DNA of 63,508 nucleotides, filler included, from Globobulimina sp. (GCA_003354225.1; 25 parts of 25 records of this genome joined end to end with filler, not necessarily neighbours in it); one strand, 5' to 3'. Shown: positions 35,004 through 46,899, numbered from the whole stretch's first letter. Translations and numbers: made by a program. Notes: generated from the sequence alone by a model not told the origin.

Positions 35004-35539
35004 ATGAATAGAGCTTTGACAAAGATTGTATTTGCACCCAATGCGTTCAAAGAGTGTTTATCAGCAACACAAGCATGCGAAGCCATGCAAATAGGCATTG
35101 ATAAAGCATTTAATAGCAACCAAATGTTCAAAACAATACCATATGAAACAGTGCATATTCCATTGGCAGATGGAGGTGATGGAACAATGAATGTATTAAT
35201 TGAAAACAACAATGGAGATATAAAAATAATCAATGTTCAAGATCCATTGGGTCGTCCAATCGATGCTAAATATGGTATATTTTGTGGAGCAAATGATACA
35301 TTCAAGACAGCTGTCATTGAAATGGCCCAATGTTCAGGAATATGGCGAATGGCCCAACATGAAACAAATCCATTATTCACACATACACTTCGTACTGGAC
35401 AATGCATATTGCACGCAATAAATAACAATACCAATATTGGTCGCATCCTGTTAATGCTTGGTGGCTCCGCCACAAATGATGCTGGCTTTGGTATTGCCAA
35501 TGCCTTTGGTATCAAATTCGAATATGATTGCAATGAAAC
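35004..35539 (+). CDS. glxK: Glycerate kinase (GlxK/GarK family), 3' truncated
   Basis: KIVFAPNAFKECLSA, PLADGGDGT, DPLGRPI, AVIEMAQCSG, LGGSATNDAGFG. Confidence 0.9.
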
Positions 35540-35639
35540 NNNNNNNNNNNNNNNNNNNNNNNNNNNNNNNNNNNNNNNNNNNNTTAATTAATTAANNNNN
35601 NNNNNNNNNNNNNNNNNNNNNNNNNNNNNNNNNNNNNNN

Positions 35640-35851
35640 AAGATTCTTCTGCATTTAACAAATCAAGCAGTGAAGATCCTGAACTGGTTTCCAGTGATCA
35701 TTTAACCATGGCTGTGCTTTTTCAGCAATCGGCAGCTGAATATCGGGCTTTATGTTATCAGGCCTTTAATGTAGCAAAATATCAACTGAATCAGAATTTA
35801 AAAGTTATGGGATTGCAGAAACAACTGGCAATAGTGTTAGACATTGATGAA
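35640..35851 (+). CDS. Fragment of bacterial class C acid phosphatase / 5'-nucleotidase lipoprotein e(P4) family
   Basis: MAVLFQQSAAEYRALCYQAFNVA..AIVLDIDE is the e(P4) N-terminal signature up to the HAD DxD motif. Confidence 0.75.
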
Positions 35852-37141
35852 AGAAATTTATTCTCTGTAGCATGTAAAAATGTTGTTGGTGAGAAAAGAG
35901 CGTCTTGGAGAACAATAGCATTTGGGTTAGATGATACAGAGAAAGAATTGAAAAACATGTTGCATTCTTATAAAATTATTACCGCAAATGAATTAGAAAA
36001 TGTCTGCAAAGAAATAGTAGCAATATATGCAAATCATTTATATGAAACAGTAAAAGGTAACAATGATGAACCAGAGACCTTTTATTTATCCAAAATAGCC
36101 GATTATTATCGATATTTGACTGAAATTACCACTGACAGTAAACATGACGAATATAAAAACAACGCATCAGCATATTATGCAAAAGCAATGGACATTGCAG
36201 AAATAAAGTTATCTCCAATTCATCGCACTCGTTTGGGTCTAACATTGAATTTCAGTGTGTTTTTATGGGAAATATTGAAAGAACCGGAGAAAGCTTGTGA
36301 TTTAGCAAAGAAATCACTTGATGTTGCAATGGAAAGCTTAGATAATATATCCGAGGAACACTATAAAGATTGCACGTTAATCATGCAATTATTAAAAGAC
36401 AATTTGGCATTATGGACATCAGCGGATGATGGCAATGAAGGCATTGATATCGGTAAATATGGCAAGAGGGTGAAAGCAACGCGACATGATGCAAATAGCG
36501 AGCAGGATATGCATGATATGAGGGCAGATATGAAGAGGTTAGGACTAATGGCACAGAATAAAGATGATGCGGATAATATAATGGATGCGGTTAGGAACAA
36601 TTTGCATGACATATTTGTTATGATTACAAGGGATAACACTGACAATGGTGCTTTATATAAAGATGTCATTGATTTGATATTACGATATGAAGCATGTATT
36701 GATTTGTCGAGGTTTAAATGTTATGGTGATCAATGTTTTGGGTATTTTGGTTGTGAAATATTTGATAATTTGTGTTCAGATTGTTATAGTAAAAAATATG
36801 GATATTCAGTAATGAAAAGGAGATGTTTGGATAATATGGAAAGCATTGTGATTCGAGTGGAGTGGGATCGGATTAATGATAATCGGAGATATTTTAGTAT
36901 GATAAGTATGGCATCATTGTGCTCTGTGAAAATATTGTTTAAAATATTAAATAGTAATTCGTATAGGTGTAATTATTTGGATTTAGTGGATCCGGAATTA
37001 AATGGAGAAACGTTAGAGAAATGTAGTAATTTAGAAATGGACGAAAATGCGGATGAGACATTAAAAGAGAAACGGTTAATAAATGATAAATGTATTACTG
37101 ATTTTGGGATTATTGACTTGGCTGCAATGTTATTGCGTTGA
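35837..37141 (+). CDS. 14-3-3 domain protein with C-terminal extension containing an A20-like zinc finger (N-terminus missing)
   Basis: ERNLFSVACKNVVG.KRASWR, DYYRYL, RLGLTLNFSVF, YKDCTLIMQLLKDNLALW; later CYGDQCFGYFG..NLCSDCY. Confidence 0.88.
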   Translation, partial: LDIDERNLFSVACKNVVGEKRASWRTIAFGLDDTEKELKNMLHSYKIITANELENVCKEIVAIYANHLYETVKGNNDEPETFYLSKIADYYRYLTEITTDSKHDEYKNNASAYYAKAMDIAEIKLSPIHRTRLGLTLNFSVFLWEILKEPEKACDLAKKSLDVAMESLDNISEEHYKDCTLIMQLLKDNLALWTSADDGNEGIDIGKYGKRVKATRHDANSEQDMHDMRADMKRLGLMAQNKDDADNIMDAVRNNLHDIFVMITRDNTDNGALYKDVIDLILRYEACIDLSRFKCYGDQCFGYFGCEIFDNLCSDCYSKKYGYSVMKRRCLDNMESIVIRVEWDRINDNRRYFSMISMASLCSVKILFKILNSNSYRCNYLDLVDPELNGETLEKCSNLEMDENADETLKEKRLINDKCITDFGIIDLAAMLLR

Positions 37142-37360
37142 TGATGCAAACATATTGCAATTGCAATAATAGATTTATGTAGTTGTTGTGGGTGGGTTTT
37201 ATACTTTGTGTCTTTGTTTTGTATAGAAGTTGGGGGGAAATAATATGAGTCAAAATGCAAGAATCCGAAAAACATCTTTTTTTTTTTTGTAGCAACTTTC
37301 CACTTTAGTTCATAATTGTACCCACGACAAAGAGAACAGTCACAATAAACACAAAATACA

Positions 37361-37909
37361 ATGCATACACTACGAATGAATAATATTAATTCAACATCTG
37401 AATCAATTGACAAACTAAACAAAAAGCGTTATAATATGCATCTGAAGACCATGCAAACCAAGAAAAGCCTAAATAGCAACAAAACCGTAAAAAGCAATAA
37501 ATTACAGCCACCATTAATGTATGAAGCACGCGTTCAAGCTCGTGTACGATCTGGATATGAATTAACGTCTCGATTAATAACAGACTTACCCGAAGGATCT
37601 GTATTAACCGTCGAAGAGATACGTAATAACAGAGTACATATAATTGGTCCCATACATGGTTGGTTGTCCATAATATCCAAATATGGAACACAAATTATAA
37701 TGCCATTAAATAAACATACCGCTAAAATTGGCGGCAAAGTCGTATTCACGACGCAAAACAGTCAGAAACAATATCAAAGCATGGAAGCAAAAATAATTGA
37801 CTACAATGCAACATATGGTCTGCATAAAGTGCAATGCAAAAATGGCACACAACAATGGATCTCATTGAAAGACTCCAATGTGCATTATATGCCTAAAAAT
37901 GTGAGTTAA
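37361..37909 (+). CDS. Hypothetical protein with SH3b-like and Tudor-like domains
   Basis: ARVRSGYELTS..LPEGSVLTVEEIRNNRVHI..GWLSI; AKIIDYN..LHKVQ..QWISL. Confidence 0.6.
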   Translation: MHTLRMNNINSTSESIDKLNKKRYNMHLKTMQTKKSLNSNKTVKSNKLQPPLMYEARVQARVRSGYELTSRLITDLPEGSVLTVEEIRNNRVHIIGPIHGWLSIISKYGTQIIMPLNKHTAKIGGKVVFTTQNSQKQYQSMEAKIIDYNATYGLHKVQCKNGTQQWISLKDSNVHYMPKNVS

Positions 37910-38269
37910 TAATCTGTTATTTGTAATAATAATACTACAGAGATAAAATATTAAAATATACAGCAAGCTATGATGAATCCGCGCGTTGTTAATCCATTAA
38001 AACATTCACAATCCTTTTTTAAGCAATTTTTTATTGCTGATTATCCACAATTTGCTGGCAACAAAAAGATAATTATCAAAAATNNNNNNNNNNNNNNNNN
38101 NNNNNNNNNNNNNNNNNNNNNNNNNNNTTAATTAATTAANNNNNNNNNNNNNNNNNNNNNNNNNNNNNNNNNNNNNNNNNNNNATCCTGACATGACAGAG
38201 TAGGGCCAGTCTCAAACAAAGTAACTCAACACTTCAAATAAGTTTTCATTATCTTCCAACATATTAAGT

Positions 38270-39238
38270 TTATGGAGGTGGCAACAGATTATGGTGTTGC
38301 GTAATTAAATCATAGCAGAGAGGACATCTTATTCTGCCACCTTGATTCAATAATGATGCGCTCAAACAATAATAACAAAATAAATGTTTTCCTGAACAAT
38401 TTCCTTTGCATGGGATTGTTATTGGCGATAAACCACAGATTGGACATTGATTATTTTGTTGCTGTGGCTGTTTAATGCTAATTTGTGATTGATTATTGCC
38501 AGCATTTGCATTGAGTGTTTTCCTCCAAAATAAGAAATATTTGATATTATTTATTTGCTGCTTAATAAACATTGATATTTTATGAAAATTAATTAATGGC
38601 AATACAAATAATAAAAAATTTGAGATATCATTCCAGACAATTTGTTGATTCATAAAATCAAATGATACAAAACGATTTAAATTATTATTAATATATTTCA
38701 GTTTTATTCCTAAAAATCTGTCAATTAATAATCGATATTTACCATCAAACAAAAATAATATTAAATGAATTAATGATATTACACGTAATAATATGCTTAA
38801 TTTATTACAAATTATATACATTTTATACTTTGCTTTATTCATTTTATTGTGGCTCCCTTCTAATTCTTGATATCCATTATCATTCATAAAACGTACCCAT
38901 TTTTTAAATAAATACGGTATGAATATTGTAAATAAAAAATAATAAATCTTTTTTTTAAACGATAAATTTTTATCAAATTTAATGTTTTGCAATTTATCAC
39001 CATTAAATCCACCATTTTTATAAATTGAGAAATAATAAATCAAGGATTGGATTAAATAATCAATTTCTATCTCATATCTCATCACAAAATCAATTGGTAA
39101 ATATTTAAAAATTCGAACAAATTGACTCTTTAATGATGAATTTAATTCATTGTCCAAAAACAGTGCATCCAATTGATTCACACGTAAACAATTTGTTGAT
39201 ATGGGTATTTTTTCCGAATTTTTAAATTCAGCCGACAT
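38270..39238 (-). CDS. PEX2: Peroxin-2 (Pex2/Pex12 domain + RING)
   Basis: LRVNQLDALFLDNEL, GDKLQN, FLFDGKYR..DRFLG, RFVSFDFMNQQIVW..FLLFVLPLI; RING CPIC..C..HLFCYYC..CPLC. Confidence 0.9.
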   Translation of the reverse strand: MSAEFKNSEKIPISTNCLRVNQLDALFLDNELNSSLKSQFVRIFKYLPIDFVMRYEIEIDYLIQSLIYYFSIYKNGGFNGDKLQNIKFDKNLSFKKKIYYFLFTIFIPYLFKKWVRFMNDNGYQELEGSHNKMNKAKYKMYIICNKLSILLRVISLIHLILFLFDGKYRLLIDRFLGIKLKYINNNLNRFVSFDFMNQQIVWNDISNFLLFVLPLINFHKISMFIKQQINNIKYFLFWRKTLNANAGNNQSQISIKQPQQQNNQCPICGLSPITIPCKGNCSGKHLFCYYCLSASLLNQGGRIRCPLCYDLITQHHNLLPPP

Positions 39239-39278
39239 GAATAAACGTTTGAGTCACTATAAAAAACACACATATGCA

Positions 39279-40007
39279 ATGGATGTTGAATTTTTGGCAA
39301 CTCATTTAATAACTATAAGTCAGCAGCCGCCATCAAATAATTCTAACAAGCGATGGATAATTGGTATTGTAGGAATTCCATGCAGCGGTAAATCTGTTTT
39401 TGCAGACAAACTGTGCAATGCAGTAAACAATATTGCACAAAAAGAAATTTGTGAATTGATTGGAATGGACGGCTTTCATTATAGCAGAAAATATTTAGAT
39501 ACAATGGAAAACCCAGAATTATCACATAGAAAAAGAGGCGCATACTGGACGTTTGATGTTTATGCATTTAGTAATTTATTAAAAAACATTTCCACAAATA
39601 TTTCGTCTGCAGTAATTTGTCCAACATTTGATCATTCCATAAAAGATCCCACCCCAAATGGCAAAGTTATTAAACCAAAACATAAAATTGTAATTATTGA
39701 AGGTTTATATTTATTTTTAAATAATATATTTCCTTGGAATAATATTGTTGCACCATATTTTAATGAAAAATGGTTTTTAAAATGTCATTTCAAATTAGCT
39801 GAAAAAAGAATTATCAAAAGACATATTGAAAGCGGTATTGTTAAAAATGAAAAAGATGCTTTATTGCGATGGACTGATTCTGATAAACCAAATGGTCGAT
39901 TAGTGGTAAAAAATTTAGATTTGACGCAAATAAATGTAATCGCTAAATCCATACACAATGGAATACAAGTTATCAATGTAAATTGGGACTATACTTCAAA
40001 ATTATAA
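39279..40007 (+). CDS. P-loop kinase, phosphoribulokinase/uridine kinase (YFH7/YggC-like) family, C-terminal SKL
   Basis: GIVGIPCSGKS, GMDGFHY, RKRGAYWTFD, PTFDHSIKDP, IVIIEGLYL, KRHIESG, D.PN; ends DYTSKL. Confidence 0.88.
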   Translation: MDVEFLATHLITISQQPPSNNSNKRWIIGIVGIPCSGKSVFADKLCNAVNNIAQKEICELIGMDGFHYSRKYLDTMENPELSHRKRGAYWTFDVYAFSNLLKNISTNISSAVICPTFDHSIKDPTPNGKVIKPKHKIVIIEGLYLFLNNIFPWNNIVAPYFNEKWFLKCHFKLAEKRIIKRHIESGIVKNEKDALLRWTDSDKPNGRLVVKNLDLTQINVIAKSIHNGIQVINVNWDYTSKL

Positions 40008-40099
40008 TATAATTATACTAGGTCATAATACAGTTCTTTTCTTTCAAAAACTCTGGAGTAGTGCGTACTGAGTACAGTCCAGCAAGCTTTATCACTAAT

Positions 40100-40600
40100 A
40101 TGTCAACTGCAACTATACTGTTATTCGTTACAATTTATTGTATAGCATATGTATTTGGAAGAAATTATAGCATTGGTATTAAAGTGAGTTCATTATGGTA
40201 TTCAGGGTCAGGCGATATAATGTATTTTCAAATCTGCAATGATAATTTAGTCACAAACGTGTCAACCGTACAAAATCAATGTTTAGAATGGTATCAAATC
40301 ACGGGCGGCATGGAAAACCGAGGCGAATGGTATTATTTTGATTATGAAAATCAGGATGATGTCGGTCCATTAACCTCAATGAAATTATTAACCAAATCCA
40401 ATGATCAATTTTGTGTTTCTAAAGTGTCAATAGATGGCGTAAAATATGATGATGAAAGAGTTGATTGTATGGAAGTGTCCGACAATAAAGCAGCTGGTTC
40501 ATGTTCTGTAATTAGTGTAGTATTTGCCACCGCAACATTTGAAAATGATTTATACGAAGGCACTGATTGCAGCTATGATATATCCAATACTTCTGCCTGA
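40100..40600 (+). CDS. Secreted PLAT/LH2-like beta-sandwich protein
   Basis: Signal peptide; YSIGIKVS..SGS.., DVGPLTSMKL..DQFCVSKV pattern. Confidence 0.5.
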   Translation: MSTATILLFVTIYCIAYVFGRNYSIGIKVSSLWYSGSGDIMYFQICNDNLVTNVSTVQNQCLEWYQITGGMENRGEWYYFDYENQDDVGPLTSMKLLTKSNDQFCVSKVSIDGVKYDDERVDCMEVSDNKAAGSCSVISVVFATATFENDLYEGTDCSYDISNTSA

Positions 40601-40727
40601 CCAGATATCAAAAACAAAAATGGCACANNNNNNNNNNNNNNNNNNNNNNNNNNNNNNNNNNNNNNNNNNNNTTAATTAATTAANNNNNNNNNNNNNNNNN
40701 NNNNNNNNNNNNNNNNNNNNNNNNNNN

Positions 40728-42390
40728 TCTCCAGCAATCAATATTGTGCAATAATTTTTCATCTCTTGCACAATCCAACACGATAACATTACCTCGTAAC
40801 ACTAACCAAGTCCAAGGATTAGCGGAATATGCATTGGATTTCCTATCCTCACCGTCAGATAAAATGAGTAAAATAGATCCGTCTGTCTTAGATCGTGTGG
40901 AAATGTTCCATACAGATTCTGTATTATGTGGCTTGTCCGCCTTATCATTAAATTGCAATGCACCAAATGTACTACGCGATGAAGCATTAAACCATTACTC
41001 CGTAAGTCATGGCAGTGGCGCCACAGTATTCGGATCGACACAGTTAGTGCACTCAGAAAAGGCCGTAGTAGCAAATTCGTGCGCAGTCAGAGAATGGGAC
41101 AGCAATGGAACCGTTTTCGGTTATAATGACAGATTAGGATTGAAATTCCAAGCAGGCGAGTTTGGCCATAACGACTATTATCCAGTTATTATCGCCGCAG
41201 CACAGTTACAGAAAGATGCCGGCGTAAAAACGATATTAGGCATGCTGTTACATGACGAGATACGGGGCAGATTATGTGAAGTATTCTCGTTAAAATCATA
41301 CAAGATTGACCATGTTGTGCATGGTGCAATCGCCACCGCAGTGGTTTACGGCACAATGATTGGAGCCACCATTGACGAGATCGAAAGTGCAGTCGGTATG
41401 CTCATAGCACATTATATCCCCTTCAGAGCCATCCGTGCTGGCCACCAACTATCAGACTCCAAAGGTGCGTCTGCCGCGATTTCGTCAGAAGTGGCTATTT
41501 TGAGTGTACATCGCAGTATGAATGGATTTGTTGGACCAAAGGATATCTTTCGAAATCCACAGAGTGTTTTTAGACTATTCGAGCCGACTGAAAATGATAA
41601 TTTCTCGCCATTTGAGATTAATTTAGGTATTGATGGCAACGATTTTAGTGTCATGGGCATGCATTTTAAATTAGGTTTATATGAGCATCAATCGGCGGGA
41701 GCTATCCAAGCGTTGATCGACGCGTTGTTGAGTGCGCCGGAAATAATTGGGAGTGGCGCTGTGGAGGACATTGCTGATATTTCAATCAAAATATACGAGC
41801 CTGCATTTGGTATTATTGGTGACCCAGCAAAGCGAAATCCGACAACGCGACAATCTGCGGACCATTCAATGGTTTATATTATTGCTTCGCATTTAAAAAA
41901 AGCATTTGATTTGGGGTACGATGCGATTGCCGCAATTGGGAATAATACGGATATGTGGAAAGCGATTATGTTATTACCATTGGACTATGATAACAATGCA
42001 TTGCATGATGCGATGACCAGGGAGTTAATGAATAAAATACAATTTGAATATGGTGGGATTGAATTCGACAATAATTATCCAAAGGGCATTCCTACGAAAT
42101 TGTCGATTAATACGAATTCCGGTGTAAATATAGAGAGTGATTTGGTTATGTTCCCATCTGGACACGCTCGGAATAGTGAGGCGGATTTAAAAGCTATATT
42201 GGCGCATAAATGGTGCAATATGGCTGCGATTGCGGTCGGTGATTATGAAAACATCTCCGGTGATATTGACGGTAATAAATCTGTGCAACACATTTTGCAG
42301 AAATTGTCAAATTTAAAAGGGAAATCTGTGCAAGAAATTCATGATTTGTATAATTTGCCGGTTAATATTACTAAGAAATACACATTATAA
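40728..42390 (+). CDS. prpD: 2-methylcitrate dehydratase (MmgE/PrpD family), 5' partial
   Basis: AVREWDSNGT, GEFGHND, IDHVVHG, AIRAGHQLSDSKG, FKLGLYEHQSAG, PTTRQSADHS, PSGHARN. Confidence 0.92.
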
Positions 42391-42421
42391 TTTTAACACT
42401 AAGCCATTTTTTATCTAAACC

Positions 42422-43170
42422 ATGACAGAGACAGACAACGTAGCAACATACGCTCGAATACGACCTTACAATCCAGCAATAAATGAAGATAAACGGCTCA
42501 CCGCGCGTGTAGTGGCAGGCTCGAAAATATTAAATCAAAACCATGATAACGAAGACACCTATAACTTTACGCGAGCCTACGACATGAAAGATTCAACAGA
42601 TGACTTATTCGAGACTGGCATGAAACCCTTGTTAGATTTTAAAATCTTGCAAGGCATTAACAGCATATTCATTGTATACGGCCAATCCGGCAGCGGTAAA
42701 TCATTCACCTTAATTGGCGAACGCGGCCATTTGGGCGTATTGCCATTGGCTTTGCAATACTTATTAAGCAAAGACAAGGTGCAACGCATTGACATTGCGT
42801 CCATAGAAGCATATGGCATAAAAGCTGCGAAAATAGGTTTTTTTGACTTGGTGGCACAGTTAGAAATGAAACAGGCATCGCCAAAAACATACGATGCGTA
42901 TACAACAAAGGACAATTCGCGATTGAATACTGACAACGCGAAGATGATTGCAATCACAAATGAGAATTGTCTACGAATCATAACCGAACTGCAAGAGGTC
43001 TCCCACATGGCGCCGACACTCAAAAACCCGCATTCCAGTCGTGGGCACACTTGCTATTTCTGCAGGGTTAAGATGGTCGGCTTGGAAGATGTGTACTTCA
43101 TCGAAGTGGATTTAGCGGGGAGTGCGGGACAAACTGCTCTCGGTACGAAGGATGAGTTTATCAGCGGGCT
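42422..43170 (+). CDS. Divergent kinesin motor protein, 3' truncated
   Basis: YARIRP, YNFTRAY, GINSIFIVYGQSGSGKSFT, NPHSSRGH, VDLAGSAG. Confidence 0.88.
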
Positions 43171-43471
43171 NNNNNNNNNNNNNNNNNNNNNNNNNNNNNN
43201 NNNNNNNNNNNNNNTTAATTAATTAANNNNNNNNNNNNNNNNNNNNNNNNNNNNNNNNNNNNNNNNNNNNACTAAACTAATTTAGTTAACAGACGAATAC
43301 TTTTTAGAAATGTTCACCGTCAGATGACAAACATAAACATATCAAAATAATATATTCAGATTAAAAACAGATTAAGTTACGATACGGTGAGGCATACAAA
43401 CAACAAAAAAATATTAATTTACGAGATAAAAATATAACTGCTTTTAACGCACATATATAATAGAAACAATA

Positions 43472-45050
43472 TTAATTATTCAATACAATTAATTTAGATT
43501 TATCAAAATCGCCTACTGCATTTTTGCTCGATGGACTTGGCGGTGTAAAAATTGATTCAGTGCTCGATGTCAGTTGAACGATTCGCGATTGATTCCAAAA
43601 TGAATAATGTTGCAATTCATCCAATGAATTTATATCTTTTTTTGAATAAAAACCATCAGCGGCCAAAATATTTAATGATGTAATTATTGTTTTATTATGT
43701 TCAGACATTTCATTTTTATGATGTTTTGATTCGATAACCCCACCATTTTCATCATCACTTTTTTCTTCATTGACGATCACCGCTAACATTTTTATTGGTT
43801 TTGGAGGAGCTGTCAGCGATGCCGATGGTACTCGTTCTGCCTCAATCGATGGCACTGATGAACCTGTATTGGAATGCAATGACATTGGCAATGACAATGG
43901 TAATGAAGGTAAGGATTCGGGTGTATTTATAGTGGGTGTTTTGCCAATGCCTAATAAATGGAATGCTTTTCCTGTCTCTGCATATTGATTGGAAGACGTC
44001 TGTTTTTGTAGTGGGTTGTTCTGGATTTTTATGGTTTTTTTGGTCGATTTTGCTTCCTTTGATACATCAATGGTGATCTTAATACGTTTGATACATTGAG
44101 TTTTAAGGCAGTTGTAAGATTAGCAAGAAAGTGGTTCAAATAAAAAAAACTGTTAGTTGAAGTTTTTTTTATTTTCAATTGTTTCTATACTTTACTAGTC
44201 TTAGAAGTACCTTAATATTTGTTTGCGAGTTCTGATTGTTTTGTTTATGACACAGTGTTTTAATATGCATGCACATACAATGCATTTTATTCAATTGGTT
44301 GGAGATAAAATTTCTATTCCGTACAAAATTAAACATATAAGATAGTATACTTAGAGACCAAAAGAAGGGATAATTACACATATAATTACTAAATGTATCC
44401 AACAGACATAATGATGCGATGAATAATGACAACAACGACGAATATCGCATGATATGTACAGCTGTGACCATTTTCTTTTCTATATTTGAAGCGGACACTT
44501 TATCCAACTCTGAGACCGTAGCATATTGTTTTAATAACAAAGTGACGAAATTGTATTGGCAAAATGCATTAAAAAATATGTATATTAGAATAATTAATGA
44601 GTACAATAAGGGACAGAATACTAAGCGTAATATGAATATAATCGCATAGAATATAACAAAAATGAGAAATATACGCAATATCGAGATTGTATCTATCTCT
44701 CTTCGCCGTTTCATATAATATTTAAGTTTATAATATCTATGAAATGAGAATAATGATTCCCAGGAAGACGATATAATAATGCTATATGATATTATTCTGT
44801 GTTCGTTATTGATAGGACTTAAATTAAACTCTGCTAAAACAACGATTGATGATAAAATTAATACAAATATTACGTATAACATCCAAAATGATGGGTAAAA
44901 AGCCAGCACATTGCCAACGGGTTGGATGGGGCGGAATGAGCACCGGTTTTTATGTCGACATTTCAGAGATACTGTAAAGTGACAAAAAAAATGGATCAGT
45001 CCACATATCAATAATAGAACTGATGAAGAAGTCGCCATTATCACAGACAT
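43472..45050 (-). CDS. Multi-pass (7TM-like) membrane protein with long cytoplasmic tail; probable intron 44078-44210
   Basis: About 7 hydrophobic helices with HRY after TM3; phase-0 GTACTT..AAG intron joins an open frame that runs into ORF 43472-43897. Confidence 0.55.
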
Positions 45051-45265
45051 GTTTTCGTGAGAGGAAGTATAGTGAACTTTAGATCAAAATACATTATAAC
45101 TTTGTCTTGGGTTTGCAAATTTACTATGTACAATTTTAAGTAATGAATCCTGACATAAACAAATTAATCAATATTATAATTACATATTATCCTTCGGATA
45201 TGGAACAGAAAAAAACAAACGAACAAACAAATTTAATTATAAATAGCATATATTTGCTGCATCCA

Positions 45266-45713
45266 TCAAACATTTTGTTTCAATTTAATCGGAGTTGTCG
45301 GTAACTGTTTAGATGGCATTTTTTTATTACTCTGATTGTTATCAATTATTCCACCAAATAAGTCATCAACATTTGCGTATGATTTCTTTCCAATCGGTGT
45401 TAATTTCGAAAAACTCGATAATAATAAACCAACTTTTTTCTTATTTTTCTCTGTTTTTGGTGTGTTTGGAAGAGATTTTCTTCGAACACGAATCGGATTT
45501 AATTTATTTACGATATTAAGTTTTGGCGCAATTCTCTTTGGTTTTGTTTTCTTTCCGCTGTTATTAACTTTATCTAAATTTTCGTAAGTTTTTGAACGTT
45601 GCAATTTTAACATTGGAATTGCTTTTTTCTTCTTTGGTCTTATAACAAAATTTCTTTTCTTTCTGTCTGTATAATTATAATTATTTTCTTTCATTTCCAT
45701 TGTTTGTGATTGT
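45266..45713 (-). CDS. 3' end of a basic low-complexity hypothetical protein
   Basis: Lys-rich open frame running from the contig edge to a stop at 45266. Confidence 0.45.
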
Positions 45714-46077
45714 NNNNNNNNNNNNNNNNNNNNNNNNNNNNNNNNNNNNNNNNNNNNTTAATTAATTAANNNNNNNNNNNNNNNNNNNNNNNNNNNNNNN
45801 NNNNNNNNNNNNNGAACCTATAGCAAATCGTTTCTGGATTTGCAAGCGTTTCTCAGATAATTTAACTTTGGTAATACATCGTTTAACGATATCCCATTAG
45901 ATACCCCCACCCCTTTGTATACAGAAAACTACACTGTATTGTATGCAGATAACTTCTTATCGTGTCCACTTTTTGACAATAATCACAATATACTTATCAC
46001 TTATGGGTTGGGTGTAGAATATATTTTTTTTCAAAAATCTTGTTAACAGCAAAAAACTTGTTAGAAAGTTTTTTCTT

Positions 46078-46899
46078 TTGTTTTTAATGAAAACGTCTCG
46101 TGCAGCAACGGGTAGTTTTGAGAATAATTTAAGATGCTATGGTTGTAAATGTATCTCAATAAAATCAGGCATTTTGATAATAGCAATATTGGAATTATTA
46201 AGAGCTAGTTTCTTGTTATCAAAAATTGTGCCTCGATCGAAATTAATTGGAGATTTGCCAAGAGATTCATTAATTGGAGAAGGAACATTCATGTTTTATA
46301 CAGCATTAATACAAAGCATTGCATTTCATATCTCATGTATTCTTGGCATTGTTGCCGGATGCAGATCTAACACACATTCACAAAACAACATTATGGCATC
46401 AATTTTCTTTATTTCTTATGTCTGTATAACTGCGCTTTGGAGTATTCGTACATTGGGTTCAGTGTGTGCTTTAATAGAATGCACAGTTACAGGAATCGAA
46501 AATACTAAGCTATGGGGTATGACAATTGCAGGGACCATTTTTACAACCTTTAGGATTTATTGCTGTTTTAATATTTACAAATTCAAGAATCGTACAACTA
46601 TCAAAGTTAGGGCACAATCACAATCTATCAATTTGGCAAAAACATCGCCAGAACTTAAAGTTACAATTGGTCGAAATACAACAAAACATAAAAGTATCAC
46701 AATGACGGAAGGTAAAGATTTTATGCCACGGAAGGGAAAGATCACAATTACTGATAATTTAAATAGTTTATGCCATGAGCTGTTCAGCGAAGGAGCGCAG
46801 AAAACAACAACACCCACAACCTTCACAACAAGAAACAAAAGGAATGCAACACTTTACAAACCAACGTTGCTAAATAAACTAGCATTCAACAAAAAATGA
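46078..46899 (+). CDS. Four-TM hypothetical membrane protein
   Basis: CYGCKCISIKSGILIIAI N-terminal motif, four hydrophobic helices and a basic tail. Confidence 0.6.
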   Translation: MFLMKTSRAATGSFENNLRCYGCKCISIKSGILIIAILELLRASFLLSKIVPRSKLIGDLPRDSLIGEGTFMFYTALIQSIAFHISCILGIVAGCRSNTHSQNNIMASIFFISYVCITALWSIRTLGSVCALIECTVTGIENTKLWGMTIAGTIFTTFRIYCCFNIYKFKNRTTIKVRAQSQSINLAKTSPELKVTIGRNTTKHKSITMTEGKDFMPRKGKITITDNLNSLCHELFSEGAQKTTTPTTFTTRNKRNATLYKPTLLNKLAFNKK

